A stretch of 62,358 nt of DNA, the filler included, from Nemertoderma westbladi (taxonomy: Eukaryota; Animalia; Xenacoelomorpha), in the NCBI GenBank assembly GCA_032718475.1. It is 3 parts of 3 records of this genome, joined end to end, with 100 filler letters (N's around TTAATTAATTAA, not from the genome) between each part and the next. Parts side by side here need not be neighbours in the genome. Positions count along the whole stretch, not along the records: positions 1 to 26,249 come from JAUCBJ010006433.1; 2 more parts are not named here. One strand, given 5' to 3'. Of this stretch, positions 13,279-24,671 are shown in pieces; within the stretch, counting starts at the first letter, position 1, and the number at the start of each line of letters is the position of its first letter. A program made the position numbers and the translations under genes. The notes under the pieces are model-generated. The model did not search any database. It was given only the letters and a program-made list of their open reading frames with translations, and was not told the origin of the DNA.

Positions 13279-14880
13279 GTGAGGCAGTATCAAGGTATCG
13301 AGGGTGGCTTCACGACTGCATGGCGGGCCCTGGACAGGGAATACGGACACCCTGCCAAGATCATCCAGCAGACCTTGAGGGGAATAACATCGGGTGGCCT
13401 ACAGGATAACCCTGTTAGTATAAAGACTTTCGCGAATAAGGTCGAGAAGGCAATGATAGTGCTAAAGACCTTGGATGCGCCATACGAACTCAACGCATCG
13501 AATAACATCACCATGATAGCGCAGGCACTGCCAATCTGGCTAAGGAACAAATGGAGGAAGATCGCCTTCTCCACCCGGGAGAAGAAAGGTGCGGAACCGG
13601 GCCTAGAGGAAATGTCGAACTTCCTCAATTACGAAGTGGAGTTGATTACAGACCCAGTCTACAGTGAGGATAGTTTGGGGAAGGCACCGAAGACCGAATA
13701 CAACAGGCCTAAACACAGTCCGGCAGATCCATTCCCGAGAGTGAGACAGTCGCTACCACATGCGGCCACACAGGGGACTACAAGTCCACAGTTAGCTGGG
13801 AGTAGGGCCACACCGTGGCAGGGACAGAAACAAAATAACAACACGAACAAATATAATCCCAACACACCCAGTAGGCTGAGTCCAAATAACCAAAACACTA
13901 AACTGGTAGATATGAATCTACGCGCAATACGTGAAGGGCTATACAAGGAACTCTACAATCCAGGATACGAATGTCAATTGCATAGGGATGGAACCCATAA
14001 GACCATGAGTTGTAAGCATTGGCAAGTGTTGCCTAAACAAGATCGTGTAGCCTACGTGGATACAAACGGACTATGTCATCGATGCGTGGTAGAAGGACAC
14101 AGATTCGGAGAGTGCAGAGAAACACCGATAGGAGATGATGAGACTGGAGGCCAAACTATGGCTACGAGCACGACGGGAGCAAGAAGAAAGAGGAAAGTAC
14201 TACTAGGGGTAGTACCAGTGAGGATAACAGGAAAGGGCGGCCGATCAGTCACGACACTGATGCTGGTCGACAGCGGAGCAGCCTTCACGCTGGTGGAGAA
14301 TTGGGTGGCCGATGAGATAGGGTTACAGACGAGGCTGAGTAGGATGGCAGTAACTACTATCTCGAGCAAGGATGAGGCCCTGGAGATGAGGACGGGACGG
14401 TGCAAGATATCAGCAATAGCACCAGGATGTGATTATGGGGCAACCATCAACCCCATACAGATAATAGAATCGATTAATATAAGCGCCAGGCGACCCACCA
14501 CGATCGAGGTCGAGCAATACCGGTTCCTGGACAATATCGATTTCTCAATACCGGAAGTGGACATCTCGAAGGTATCCATCATAGTCGGAATGGATTGTCC
14601 GACAGCCCACGAGAGAGTAAGGACCATATTCGGAGAGAATAAGCAGCGGGATCCGACGGCGATTCGCACGCCATTCGGATGGACGCTTAGTGGCCCAATT
14701 AAAACCAAGACTCCATTCAGGGTGTCGGAGACATCAGGGTGCATGCTACCAGGCACTATTAAGGACGTAGATGAGAAACCAGAGACGGGTGATGGGGAGG
14801 TCCCATGTGAGAAGCGGCCCGTGGGAAGGATACCAGGAGTTGGGTATGGATCTGGAACCATGCATAGTGGAGCGTGGTGA
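13279..14880 (+). CDS. BEL/Pao Gag C-terminal half plus aspartic protease (open segment of a decayed polyprotein)
   Basis: 533-aa open frame; CQLHRDGTHKTMSC, CHRCVVEGHRFGEC, LVDSGA, IVGMDCP. Confidence 0.85.
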   Translation: MRQYQGIEGGFTTAWRALDREYGHPAKIIQQTLRGITSGGLQDNPVSIKTFANKVEKAMIVLKTLDAPYELNASNNITMIAQALPIWLRNKWRKIAFSTREKKGAEPGLEEMSNFLNYEVELITDPVYSEDSLGKAPKTEYNRPKHSPADPFPRVRQSLPHAATQGTTSPQLAGSRATPWQGQKQNNNTNKYNPNTPSRLSPNNQNTKLVDMNLRAIREGLYKELYNPGYECQLHRDGTHKTMSCKHWQVLPKQDRVAYVDTNGLCHRCVVEGHRFGECRETPIGDDETGGQTMATSTTGARRKRKVLLGVVPVRITGKGGRSVTTLMLVDSGAAFTLVENWVADEIGLQTRLSRMAVTTISSKDEALEMRTGRCKISAIAPGCDYGATINPIQIIESINISARRPTTIEVEQYRFLDNIDFSIPEVDISKVSIIVGMDCPTAHERVRTIFGENKQRDPTAIRTPFGWTLSGPIKTKTPFRVSETSGCMLPGTIKDVDEKPETGDGEVPCEKRPVGRIPGVGYGSGTMHSGAW

Positions 14881-15608
14881 AACGATAGAGGATAGTTCCA
14901 GAGAAATACCGTCGGTAGATGAATTAGGAGGGGAAGCAACAGCAAGAGAGTGGGCGGAGGAGAATGGATTCGACGCGGAAGACTTAGAGATGATGGGATG
15001 GAACAAGGATGTCCCCGGCAAGTATCGGTATGAGGAAGGAGAAGAGTGGACGGCGAGATGTCCGGAGAAGTGTCCGGAGGAGACGCCGGTCCGGTTGAGA
15101 GGCATACCGAAAAGGGGAAGGTCAAATATGAAGACAGGGTGGAAAGGGATAGGATTAGTATTATCCATTCTATTTTACCTATTCTTTCGATTTCTTTTCA
15201 TTCTACCGACAAAATAAAGGGTGGCATTTTGCTGCCAGGGGACCATGAGGAAATCAAGAAGGCAAACGAAAGACCCGATTTTAGGGTGGTGGAGGAGGGA
15301 GAATCAATTCCGAGAGAGTTGGAATTGGCAAGGAGAGTGTGGCGAAGGATAAGAGGACCTACAGGGGGGCAGTGGGAGAGTGCCTCCTGGAAGAATCGCC
15401 CTTGAAGTTTAGTCGTCCAATATGTTAGACTGAGGGGTGTGGGAATGAGGGCGAGACGCCCTTCTCACACATAAATAAAATATAAATAATAAAAAATAAT
15501 AGAGCAAGAAGTGAGATAGTAGAAAGTTAGAAAGTAATAGTAGTAGATAGTTAGATAGTAGGTAGCACTAGTTAGAAGTTAGTAAGAGTTAGTAAGAAGT
15601 AAGAAGTT

Positions 15609-15677
15609 ACTAGGATCGGCATGCTGCATTGCAGCTGCATTTTTAAGAATGCTGTGCCGTCTTGTCAACAAAATTGT
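15609..15677 (-). mobile_element. Very short 5'-truncated RTE-type LINE 3' end
   Basis: Near-identical to 41324-41391; sits in a (GTAAGAA)n-like tract. Confidence 0.8.
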
Positions 15678-16174
15678 AAGAAAAGTAAGAAGTTAGAAAG
15701 TTAGTAGAAGTTAGTAAGTTAGAAGTTAGAGATTAGGGAGTGTGGTATATAGACATACCACGAGAGTAGTAGCAGGGTACATAGTACCGAGAGAGCAGAG
15801 GGGTTGTGGGCACCAAAAGCGCCACATAGAAAGAGAGTAGAGGGTATGGAATGTAGGTGTACCATAGAAGCAGTAGCAGAGGGGTTGTGGGCACCGAAAG
15901 CGCCACGTAGAAAGAGAGTAGAGGGTATGGTATGTAGGTATACCATAGTAGCAGTATTAGGGTACATAGTACCATAGAAGTTAGAAGTTGTGGGCGGGGC
16001 ACCGAGAGCGCCACATAGTATGAAAGTAAAGAGTATGTAGGCATAGTATAGTAGTAGTAGGGTACATAGTAAGAAGGAAGTAGAAAAGTAGATAGGATAA
16101 TAGCACAGATGGGGGGGAACATAAGAAAATAAAATAAGACTAAGAAAAATTGGCACTTTGGGAGTGGTAGAGAA

Positions 16175-16354
16175 CACAGGACATTGTGGAGCAGTGGGGA
16201 TGGGCCAGCTCATGGGCCTTGTCTGCCACAAGCCGATGGACTGGGGCAAGTTCCGGGGGGAGCATGGAGCGGGCACAGGACATTGTGGAGCAGTGGCGAT
16301 GGGCCAGCTCAAGAGGCTTGTCTGCCACAAGCCGATGGACTGGGGTAAGTTCCG
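16175..16354 (+). repeat. Direct duplication, about 99-bp period
   Basis: CACAGGACATTGTGGAGCAGTGG...AAGTTCCG twice. Confidence 0.85.
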
Positions 16355-16881
16355 AGAGGAGTATGAGAGGAGTACGAGGGAAGTATGGAGAGTATGTATT
16401 GACACATGAGGGAGTGGGAAGAGTGCAATTCAAGTGTGGAGAGTGAGCAGTAAGAGAGAGAGAAAGGGACAGAGGGGTCCAAGAGTGAGATTAGAGGGAA
16501 ATTAGAGTGAGGTTTTTTGAAAATTGTGTGAAGAGAGTCCACAATTGTCTCGAACAGAGACGTCAGATACCTTGGTGCAACATAGCTCAAGGAGGGGTAG
16601 CAATAACATAGCCAAAGGGGGGCGGCCTGGAAAGCCAACCCCGAGAAAAGAACTCCACCCCACACCCGATAGTAGATCGGGTTCCAGCGGAATTGAAGCG
16701 CACTTGAGGTTGATGCTATCTTCTCACCGGGAAGATAGCATGGGGGGGAGTGTAAGCGGATTCAATTCCACTTCATTTCCCACCAGAAAATGGGACCAGT
16801 GGCATTTAGCAATATGTTGGGGATACGAGATTACCAATATTAATCTCGTATCATAACCAACATTGGTGGGAGGGGCGACAC

Positions 16882-18420
16882 AAGCCCCAATTCCATAAGC
16901 TCTTAGGATTTCAAGCATTTTGCCTCTATGGATGGAGTCGAATGCCTTCTTGAAATTCACAAAAGTCTTGACTGCGGGGAGATTCGTCGACTTAATTCCT
17001 TCAATCAGTCTCCGTAGTGCAAATATCTGAGCTATTGTTGATCTACTTGGTCGAAATCCGTTTTAGCTATTATGCAGTAGTTTCTCTATGTGAGGCCTAA
17101 ATCCTATATAGAATCATTTTATTGTATATTTTGGCAGCTACCACAAGCAGACATATCCCACGATAGTTTGTTGGTATACCGAGGTCTCCTTTCTTGGGGA
17201 GAGGCTTTAGTTGACCTTTAGTCCAAATTGGTGGTGGCTTTTCCAGTTTTAACATCCGGTTGGAAACATTCAATAATGGTCAGTTTAGCACTCCGGTTTT
17301 CCATACCTCCGCTGGGATTTCATCTAATCCACTCGCTTTTTTATTGGGCATGCTTTTAATACTTCTTTAGAGTTTGGCAGGTGTGAAGTCCCCTGTTTCT
17401 ATAGGTAGTGTCTTGTCATATATTTTCCTTGTAGGGCTGACCTCGATGTTTGGTGGCTGCCCAAGCAAGTTGCTGAAGTGATTTTTCCACTTCCCAACAC
17501 GTGCTTCAGGACTATCGGCTTTGAGGCGCCCCTTTGCACAACTTTTCCGACCAGATACCTCATTTACAGTTTGCCAGGTAAGTCTTGATTGTTGCTGTAT
17601 GTGAGCAGTTGTAATTGCTTCAATTTTATACTGTATGTACTTTTCCTGGCTGATGTTGTAGGCCAATTTAAGATCATCCTTAGCTTTCTCAACCTTGTTA
17701 ATGTTTTCTATTGTTGGTTGTTCGCTTTTAACTTTGTAGGCTATCTTAAGATCTTCTCTCTTACAAGTAACTTCAGAGTTTTCCCATGGCACATACTGTT
17801 TTTGTTTGGGTTTCTGGGGGATATGCCTCTTAGCTGATTCCTTATGGGCTGTTATTATATTCTGGTATATTGAATCGGTGGACAGGTCTTCATCCATTGA
17901 CTGAAGTGCTTCAAAGCGGTTTTGAACTTCTACTGTGTAAGCATCCTTTACTGCATAGTCAGTTCTGAGTTTCTCCCAGTCATAGTTGATTTGCATGCTT
18001 GTCCTGGGTTTGCTGGCTCTCAAACTGAGTCTGATCTCTGCAGTCACAATTCTGTGGTCCGAACCAATTAGGTTGAAGGAGCTGAATGCCTCACAGTTGA
18101 TCATGGTGTTTCTCCACTTTTTGTTTATAAGTATGTAATCCAGTTGTACTTTGGTTCCATTAGGGTATTGAAAGGTCCATAGCTTCCCCTTACTCTTTTC
18201 GAATGTGCATGTTTGTTGGTATCAATTCACATTCTTCCATTAGGTCTAAAAGTAAGTACCCATTTCTGTTAGAAGTGCTATTATAGGTGTAACCCTTGAT
18301 GTCTTCTGGGCCAATTTGCGCATTCAGGTCACCAGCAATGACTTTAACATTGTGTTTCGGAATGTCCTTTATAAGTCCAGTCAGATCTTCATAAAACTTG
18401 ACTGATTGTTCTAATCATCT
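16882..18420 (-). mobile_element. RTE-like LINE fragment: APE endonuclease and N-terminal RT
   Basis: QLDYILINKKWRN..GSDHRIV (APE); NYRGI, GFRPSRST, FVNFKKAFDSIHRGKM (RT); stops and frameshifts. Confidence 0.9.
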
Positions 18421-19081
18421 TAATAAAAGATTCTGTGGAGATGGGCGGATAGATGATCCTAGATGACGCGGGGACTGTGGAGGATGATGAAGGGTCGAGA
18501 AGGGGGTCAGGAGGATAGGGTATAACTATTACTGTATTTAGCGGCGACGAACGGATATATCTTTCTATTCGACCTAGGGACCTATGGCAAGAGGAGCAGG
18601 CTGAAGTTAAACCACCTACCGGTTGCGGTGCAGAAACTAGTAAGGTTGAAGACTACGATCAATATTGGATCGGTGATACGTGATGACGCGGAGAGGATTA
18701 ATGGACTGGGAACCCCAAATCTTCTGGACTTGCAGGTAGTCTACATGGCTATGACGAAACCAAATTGAATGGGATTGGTGGATAAGGAAGTTGGCGGCTA
18801 TGACGAAACCAAATTGAATGGGATTGGTGGATAAGGAAGTCGGCAGGAGACAGCGGAGGGAGGCAGCAGGCAGAGAGGCAGATATAATGGGAGGGGAGTA
18901 CGATTTTGAAGCCCAAGACTTGGATGAGTTGAGGTGGGGATTGGAGACCTCGGGCGAGTTTCGGTTAGGGGATGAGGTGGATTGGATGGAAGAGACTGCT
19001 ATACAGTCTACATCTGGACTGCAGGAAATGCCAATGCCTGGGGGGTCCGAAGGCGATTTCAGAAGGAAGTGACCAAGGACG

Positions 19082-19945
19082 ATGGAAGGGTGGAGGGTTA
19101 CGGGCGAATACCAGGCCAGAAAGGGACATGGGACGGCACCACGAGTAGTGTTTGGGGAAACAATACCAAGGGAAGAGGAGGACGATGATATGGGTAGGGA
19201 GGACAAGGTCGAAATGTTCACCTATCAGCGGCTCCGTAGACCCAGGAGGCTAAGCGGAGCCAAGGATGACTTGGGGCAAGAGACAGTGATATATGGTTGT
19301 GACTACTGTGGGAGATTGACCCATCAGCAGAAGAACCGTTTGTATCGTTACCAGAAGGGGACGACATGTCTATATTGCCACGAGTCTAATCATAGGATGG
19401 GCGCTTGCCCAAGGTTGCATCACAGGTGTTCGAAGTGCAAGTTCAGGGGGCACTTTAAGCGCCAGTGCGACTGGATGGAGGGTGAGGAGAAATTCCGTAT
19501 CTTCTGGGATTGGGCCGACGTCGGAGTCATGACAAGGCAAAGGATGACGGCGCAGGGTTCGCAGGAGTTCATGTGGGGGTTTTTCAACATCAACGTACGG
19601 GCCCACCAGGAGATCACCAAGAGGGGACTACCATTCACGTATCAGGAGGTGGCGACAGCGGCATCATATGGAGGGATCATTAACACCCAAAGATATCTGG
19701 ACAGATGGTTACCAGAAAAGAGGATGGAATTCAGGAATTTTCTGGTGGAACACGTGCCACTTGGGATGAAAATAATCTTGTGGGACACTACCAGGGGGAA
19801 GCAGGAGGGACACTCAGTAGGACCACCTGCGAAGCGATATTGTGAGTTAATAATGCCCACACCCATGGATCCAACGACGGGGCTCGGCAAGACAGTATCA
19901 GCGAGAATGAGTAGCCTCAAGAGCAAACAGGAGGGGAGTAAGTGA
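19082..19945 (+). CDS. Triple zinc-knuckle accessory protein of LTR family B; acidic N-terminal part probably extends to about 18818
   Basis: CDYCGRLTH, CLYCHESNHRMGAC, CSKCKFRGHFKRQC, then FWDWADVGVMTRQR; 287-aa open frame about 750 bp upstream of the PPT/LTR. Confidence 0.75.
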   Translation: MEGWRVTGEYQARKGHGTAPRVVFGETIPREEEDDDMGREDKVEMFTYQRLRRPRRLSGAKDDLGQETVIYGCDYCGRLTHQQKNRLYRYQKGTTCLYCHESNHRMGACPRLHHRCSKCKFRGHFKRQCDWMEGEEKFRIFWDWADVGVMTRQRMTAQGSQEFMWGFFNINVRAHQEITKRGLPFTYQEVATAASYGGIINTQRYLDRWLPEKRMEFRNFLVEHVPLGMKIILWDTTRGKQEGHSVGPPAKRYCELIMPTPMDPTTGLGKTVSARMSSLKSKQEGSK

Positions 19946-20704
19946 TCGAGGTAGGACGGTAATAGAGGTAAAGAGCTGAGATGGTTCCCGTGGGATACGG
20001 GAGGAGCACTCTAGGACTCTAGGACTGATTGCGGGCGATGTTGATGTGCCTGGAAGGCACCGCATGGACACATAAGTACAAATAACTCTCAAGTGCAATT
20101 AATATAGGTGCAATATGCAGTATGTGCGTACGTAATCAATTAATACTAGAGAAATATAATATACCTAGAATAGTCAGATATAACCTTTTCCAATTAGCTA
20201 CTGGGACTGGGGACTAATTGATTGAAACAGGAGGTTGGGACAATGATGGATCTCACTGACATGGTGCACACATGAGTGAGGCCCGATAGGAATGTGTGGA
20301 GAGTGATGGCAAAAAGGGGGTTGAGTATGAGATAAGCGAGGGGAGAAGGTGCTAGGACCTGGTGGGAAGTAAAGAGTGCGAGGTCCAAGTGTGGGGAGCG
20401 AGCATAGAGAGGGATGAGTCCTATGGGACTAGTGAGCGAGGAGAATGGACGACACAGTCCGACATAAATTGTGTGAGGAGAGAGGTCAATCGTCTAAAAT
20501 AGAGATGCCAGATGCCTTGGTACAGCTTAGCTCGCAGATGTGCCAAGGATCAATAGTGAAAACAGACCCAGGGGGGCCAGCCTGGAAAGCTGACCCCGAG
20601 AAGAGAATTCCACTCCACATCCAATACTAGATTGGATTCCAGTGGAATTGGAGCGCACTTAAGGTTGATGCTATCTTCTCACCAGGAAGATAGCATGGGG
20701 GGAG

Positions 20705-21321
20705 TGTAAGCGGATCCAATTCGCTGCACTACCTAGCGGATAATGGGGAAAGTGGCTTTTTACCCATTATAGTTGGCTAGGTGACATTACCAATATAATG
20801 TCACCCAACAACCAACGAAGGCAATATACATTGCCAGCCACAAGGAGAGATGAGAGGCTACAAGCCATATCAGGGGGAAGAAGGAAACTTTCACGTGGGT
20901 ATCAGAGAACAGTGAGTATCAAGGGAATGCAGAATAGGTTAGCCAATGGTGGGGCAGTAAACCATCTGATTGGGATGTATCCATTGGTCAGGCCAAGTAC
21001 CAAGTAGCAATATTCCATATATGTTAGTAATATAACCGTTGCCTTTATTACCTGATGTTCAGTTGGTTTGTGTAGAGCTGTGGAAGCAAGACGGTTTAGA
21101 CTGTCATCGTCGTCAGTAACCGTGCTATTATTATATTCTGATTGTGCTATTATTGTATTCTGACATTACGAACAACTGCCACTAAAACTCAGTTATTCTA
21201 TCGGACTCCAGCCTTTCAGACACCACAAGCCTTTCAGCAGCCAGTGGACGCGGCGACGCATTCTATCCCAAAGCAAACACACCAGTCGGGATTCCCTCAC
21301 CAACTCGGGGATCCCCTCACA
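20705..21321 (+). repeat. LTR family B, complete 3' LTR
   Basis: PPT GGGGGGAG then TGTAAGCGGAT...ATCCCCTCACA (imperfect terminal inverted repeat, TG..CA); start and upstream region match 16520-16880. Confidence 0.8.
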
Positions 21322-24300
21322 TTTATATTGTAGAAAAAATTATTCGATAGTGCACTAATATCGGCTATTCTTTACTTTATTCGAGTGACACATGGATAAC
21401 TAGTTGTAGTTGAAAATAAATCCGGGTTATGTATATGAAAGTTGTTAAAATGTTACTAAGTGAAGGAATAACTATAACTTCTCCAAATTTATTATGTTTA
21501 TTCGAACTGGGGTTCGTAGAAGGGCAGATTAATGTGGTTTTTAGGCAGAATTGTTATACAAGCATAAAACTTGGTTCGAAATTTGAAACGTTTCTTTGGG
21601 GTCACTTCGCAAGAAAAAAATGCTAGCCACTTGGAATTCAGACATGGCGGCCAAAGTACACGTTTCCATGGCAACAAGTACTTAATAGTTAATATGACAT
21701 TTATCACCCGTAACTGTGGTGGAGGTTTCCACAAAATGATTTACATATGTGCACATTTGAAAGAATATATGTTGAATACATAATTTTCATATAATTTGCT
21801 TGTTTCCATGGCAACCGACATAAATTAAAGTTTGAAATTTTTAAGTTATCTGCATCATGATATATTACTTCAAAATAACTAGGTTTGCTTTTGTGTGTTC
21901 TTCTTGTTTATGATTACAGTCTCAAATCTCAGAATTTAATTGTTGCCATGGAAACTATTGTAATCATGCCTAATTTGACATACGACACTTTTAATTTCTA
22001 CATTATACCTGTTACAAATTACATTTTACCAATTACACACCTGCTAAATATTTGGTAAGGTTAGATGGGGCGCCATTCCGGCCAAAAGTACAAGACATTC
22101 TCGGTCCGGGAATGTAGATTGTAGATGACATTCTTGGGCCGAGAAGACCACAATCTTCTAAAATAGCTTCCAATGTCTTTCTAAAGGTAAAACATTTCAA
22201 AACCGAGAATACTCCTGAGCATATTACGGGTAAATATTTTGCAAAACCATGCATAAAATATTATCGCAAAAAATACAAAGTCTTTGGAGTTTTCTTATAT
22301 GAACAATAGGACCACCTTGTAAACATTTTATGCGTCACCAGGTAACCTAACTTACAAGAATTGGTCCATGTACCAATGAAGAAGCTGACACACAGATATT
22401 CCTATTCGGACCTCGGCGCGAGCTCCGAGGCTCGACATGCAGCCATAGAGGGATACAAATCTCTTCTCATTGAACCCAAAGGTTGACAGATTCTAATTTT
22501 AATGTTTTATAAGGCTCTGCCAACTTCGTGCTGCGCGAAGTCCCCACTTCGTGTTAATGTGTTGCTTGCTGTGCCGAGTGCCGGCTTATTTCCGATTATA
22601 AATAATATTCAAGTAAAATAAAGTTCACTCTGACTCTGAGGTGGAGACAGGGGGGGAAACTGGACGCAAAACCCGACTTGGCGAATCAATATCCCGCCTC
22701 AATGTTAAATTATCAATTTAGGAAAATTTTAACGTTATTTTAACCAAAACAATAAACTAAACACAATAGAACAGGTTACAGTTTTATTTTTGAGAGTAAT
22801 CATCTCTTATTTGCGTCCAATTTCCCCTGGAGAAGAATGAATTTTAATTACGTCCAGTCCCCCCAGAGGGGGTAATATATAACATATATATAATACAAAG
22901 GCAGTTGGGGATTGGAAACATTTACATTAACATTGATCTGTTATGAATTCCTTAGGCGATGACAATATCTATTCTGTGTAATAATCATAAATTAATCTGC
23001 TAATTATTTTTAAGATAATATAATAAAATCTTTGTTACTGTTTTCTTTTGGGAAACTTCCGTTAATATTATTGGTTCTCAGGACCATATTCATTCATGGA
23101 ACATAGTCATGTATTTTACCATAATGTGATTTCTACATACACACACCCTTATTGTACAAAATGACAAATATTGAAATATTCCATTACAGAGATACAATAT
23201 TTGCGATAGATTATATCTCCAATGGGACACACAGCGCTTTAATTAGTGTACTGAATTATTGTAACAGACCAATATTTGAAGAAATAAAGTTCATTCAACG
23301 ACATAAAATGAACCATGTGACACGGCAGTGGGTCAGTAAACCTTACGAGTACAAAATCACAGTGTGGTAGAATCGCTACAATGTATTCAGCTCCAAAGAT
23401 TCTGACGAAAGACAAAATTTATCTACAATTAAATGTAAGTTACTTTATATAATTGCGTTGCATTATATTATTCATTAAGTAGAAAAGTTACAGAAATATT
23501 TTTGATTTGTATTTTGTAGAAATATAGAAATATTTAGTAATATATTTTCTCCTGAACAGGTTAAATTAAACCTTTCAACAACATTATTAATGTTGCTTCA
23601 TAAACATACAACAACATTCCAGTCACAGTGTGACTGTACACTTAATCGGGTTATACAGTATAAATAACTAGACCTATTATCTGTCTGTACGTACATATTT
23701 AGACCTACTGTACCAGCTGTCTCTATGTACATAAGTACATACGGAGATTTACCATCAGTATGTACGTAGATACCAACACAGAACATCAATCTTTACATAC
23801 ATACAGTAGATACCTACTGTCATTATTACTAAACCATAATTACTATCATCGGCTTGTAATATTATTATTTTAGGTTGATCAACGATACAGAAGATCAAAT
23901 TCTAAGTGAATATAGACGAACCGCCCCAGTTACCAACGCTCCGTGTCGTTCCATCCAATAACCTTCAGTTCCAGAACTTAATAATTGTAAATCAACCCAT
24001 TGTAAGTTATATTTTTTTATATATTATAATGTGAGCCGTATTTTAGGGTGCAGGTTTAATAGTATTTAAATGGAATATGGAAGCAATGTTAAGTTTTTCG
24101 TTTGTGATATTTATGTTCCCGAGATATTCATAGATATTTCGATAGTAAAACAATACCCTTCTGGTGGGTTTGGACGCAGAGTAGAGGCAGTTAGTTTGTA
24201 ATGAATTATTTTACATTTTTTACATATTTTTTTTAATATATGTACGAGGATTATTTTATTTATTTAATATTGGCGAATAGGAGTCAGCATGGAATGAAAA

Positions 24301-24618
24301 AATTACATTGAATTTGGTAAGATAAACTTTATTTTGTAATCCATTTCTGTAATGATCTCTGTTTCGGAAGTATCCAAACCAATAGACACGGCAGTACGTA
24401 TCATTTACCTTTCAATAAATAATCGTATAAAATGGCAAAGCGAAAAATCATTCCATTACGCGGGGGGGGGGGGGGGCTGGCTTGGAAGTCAAAATTTTGA
24501 CTGACTAGTTCTGTGGGGTCCGCGCTGGAAATAATTTTTCAGACTTTGCGCGAAATCCCTAGCAACAGACTAAAGAAACTTACTAGTATAGCTTATCATC
24601 AGAAACTAGAATACATAT

Positions 24619-24671
24619 CCCGACGTGGAATACCTAACCCGACGTGGAATACCTAACCCGACGTGGAATAC
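24619..24671. repeat. 19-bp tandem repeat, about 2.8 copies
   Basis: CCCGACGTGGAATACCTAA units. Confidence 0.9.

Larger units (their letters stand above)
9513..16881 (+). mobile_element. BEL/Pao element of LTR family B, internally deleted (gag-pro, accessory ORF remnant, PPT, truncated 3' LTR from 16751)
   Basis: Coiled-coil Gag N-terminus 10356-11006; Gag/protease 12590-14770; no RT/RH/IN motifs seen; PPT GGGGGGGAG at 16742-16750 followed by TGTAAGCGGA. Confidence 0.75.

Noticed and set aside
15719-16405. Hydrophobic Tyr/Leu-rich minus-strand ORFs resembling membrane or env proteins
   Set aside because: Antisense translations of purine-rich degenerate tandem repeats
19082-19945. Host CNBP/AIR-type zinc-knuckle gene or the element's Gag
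   Set aside because: Embedded in the element upstream of the PPT/LTR, lacks capsid-like Gag sequence and differs from the Gag knuckles in this window; a host origin cannot be excluded without a search
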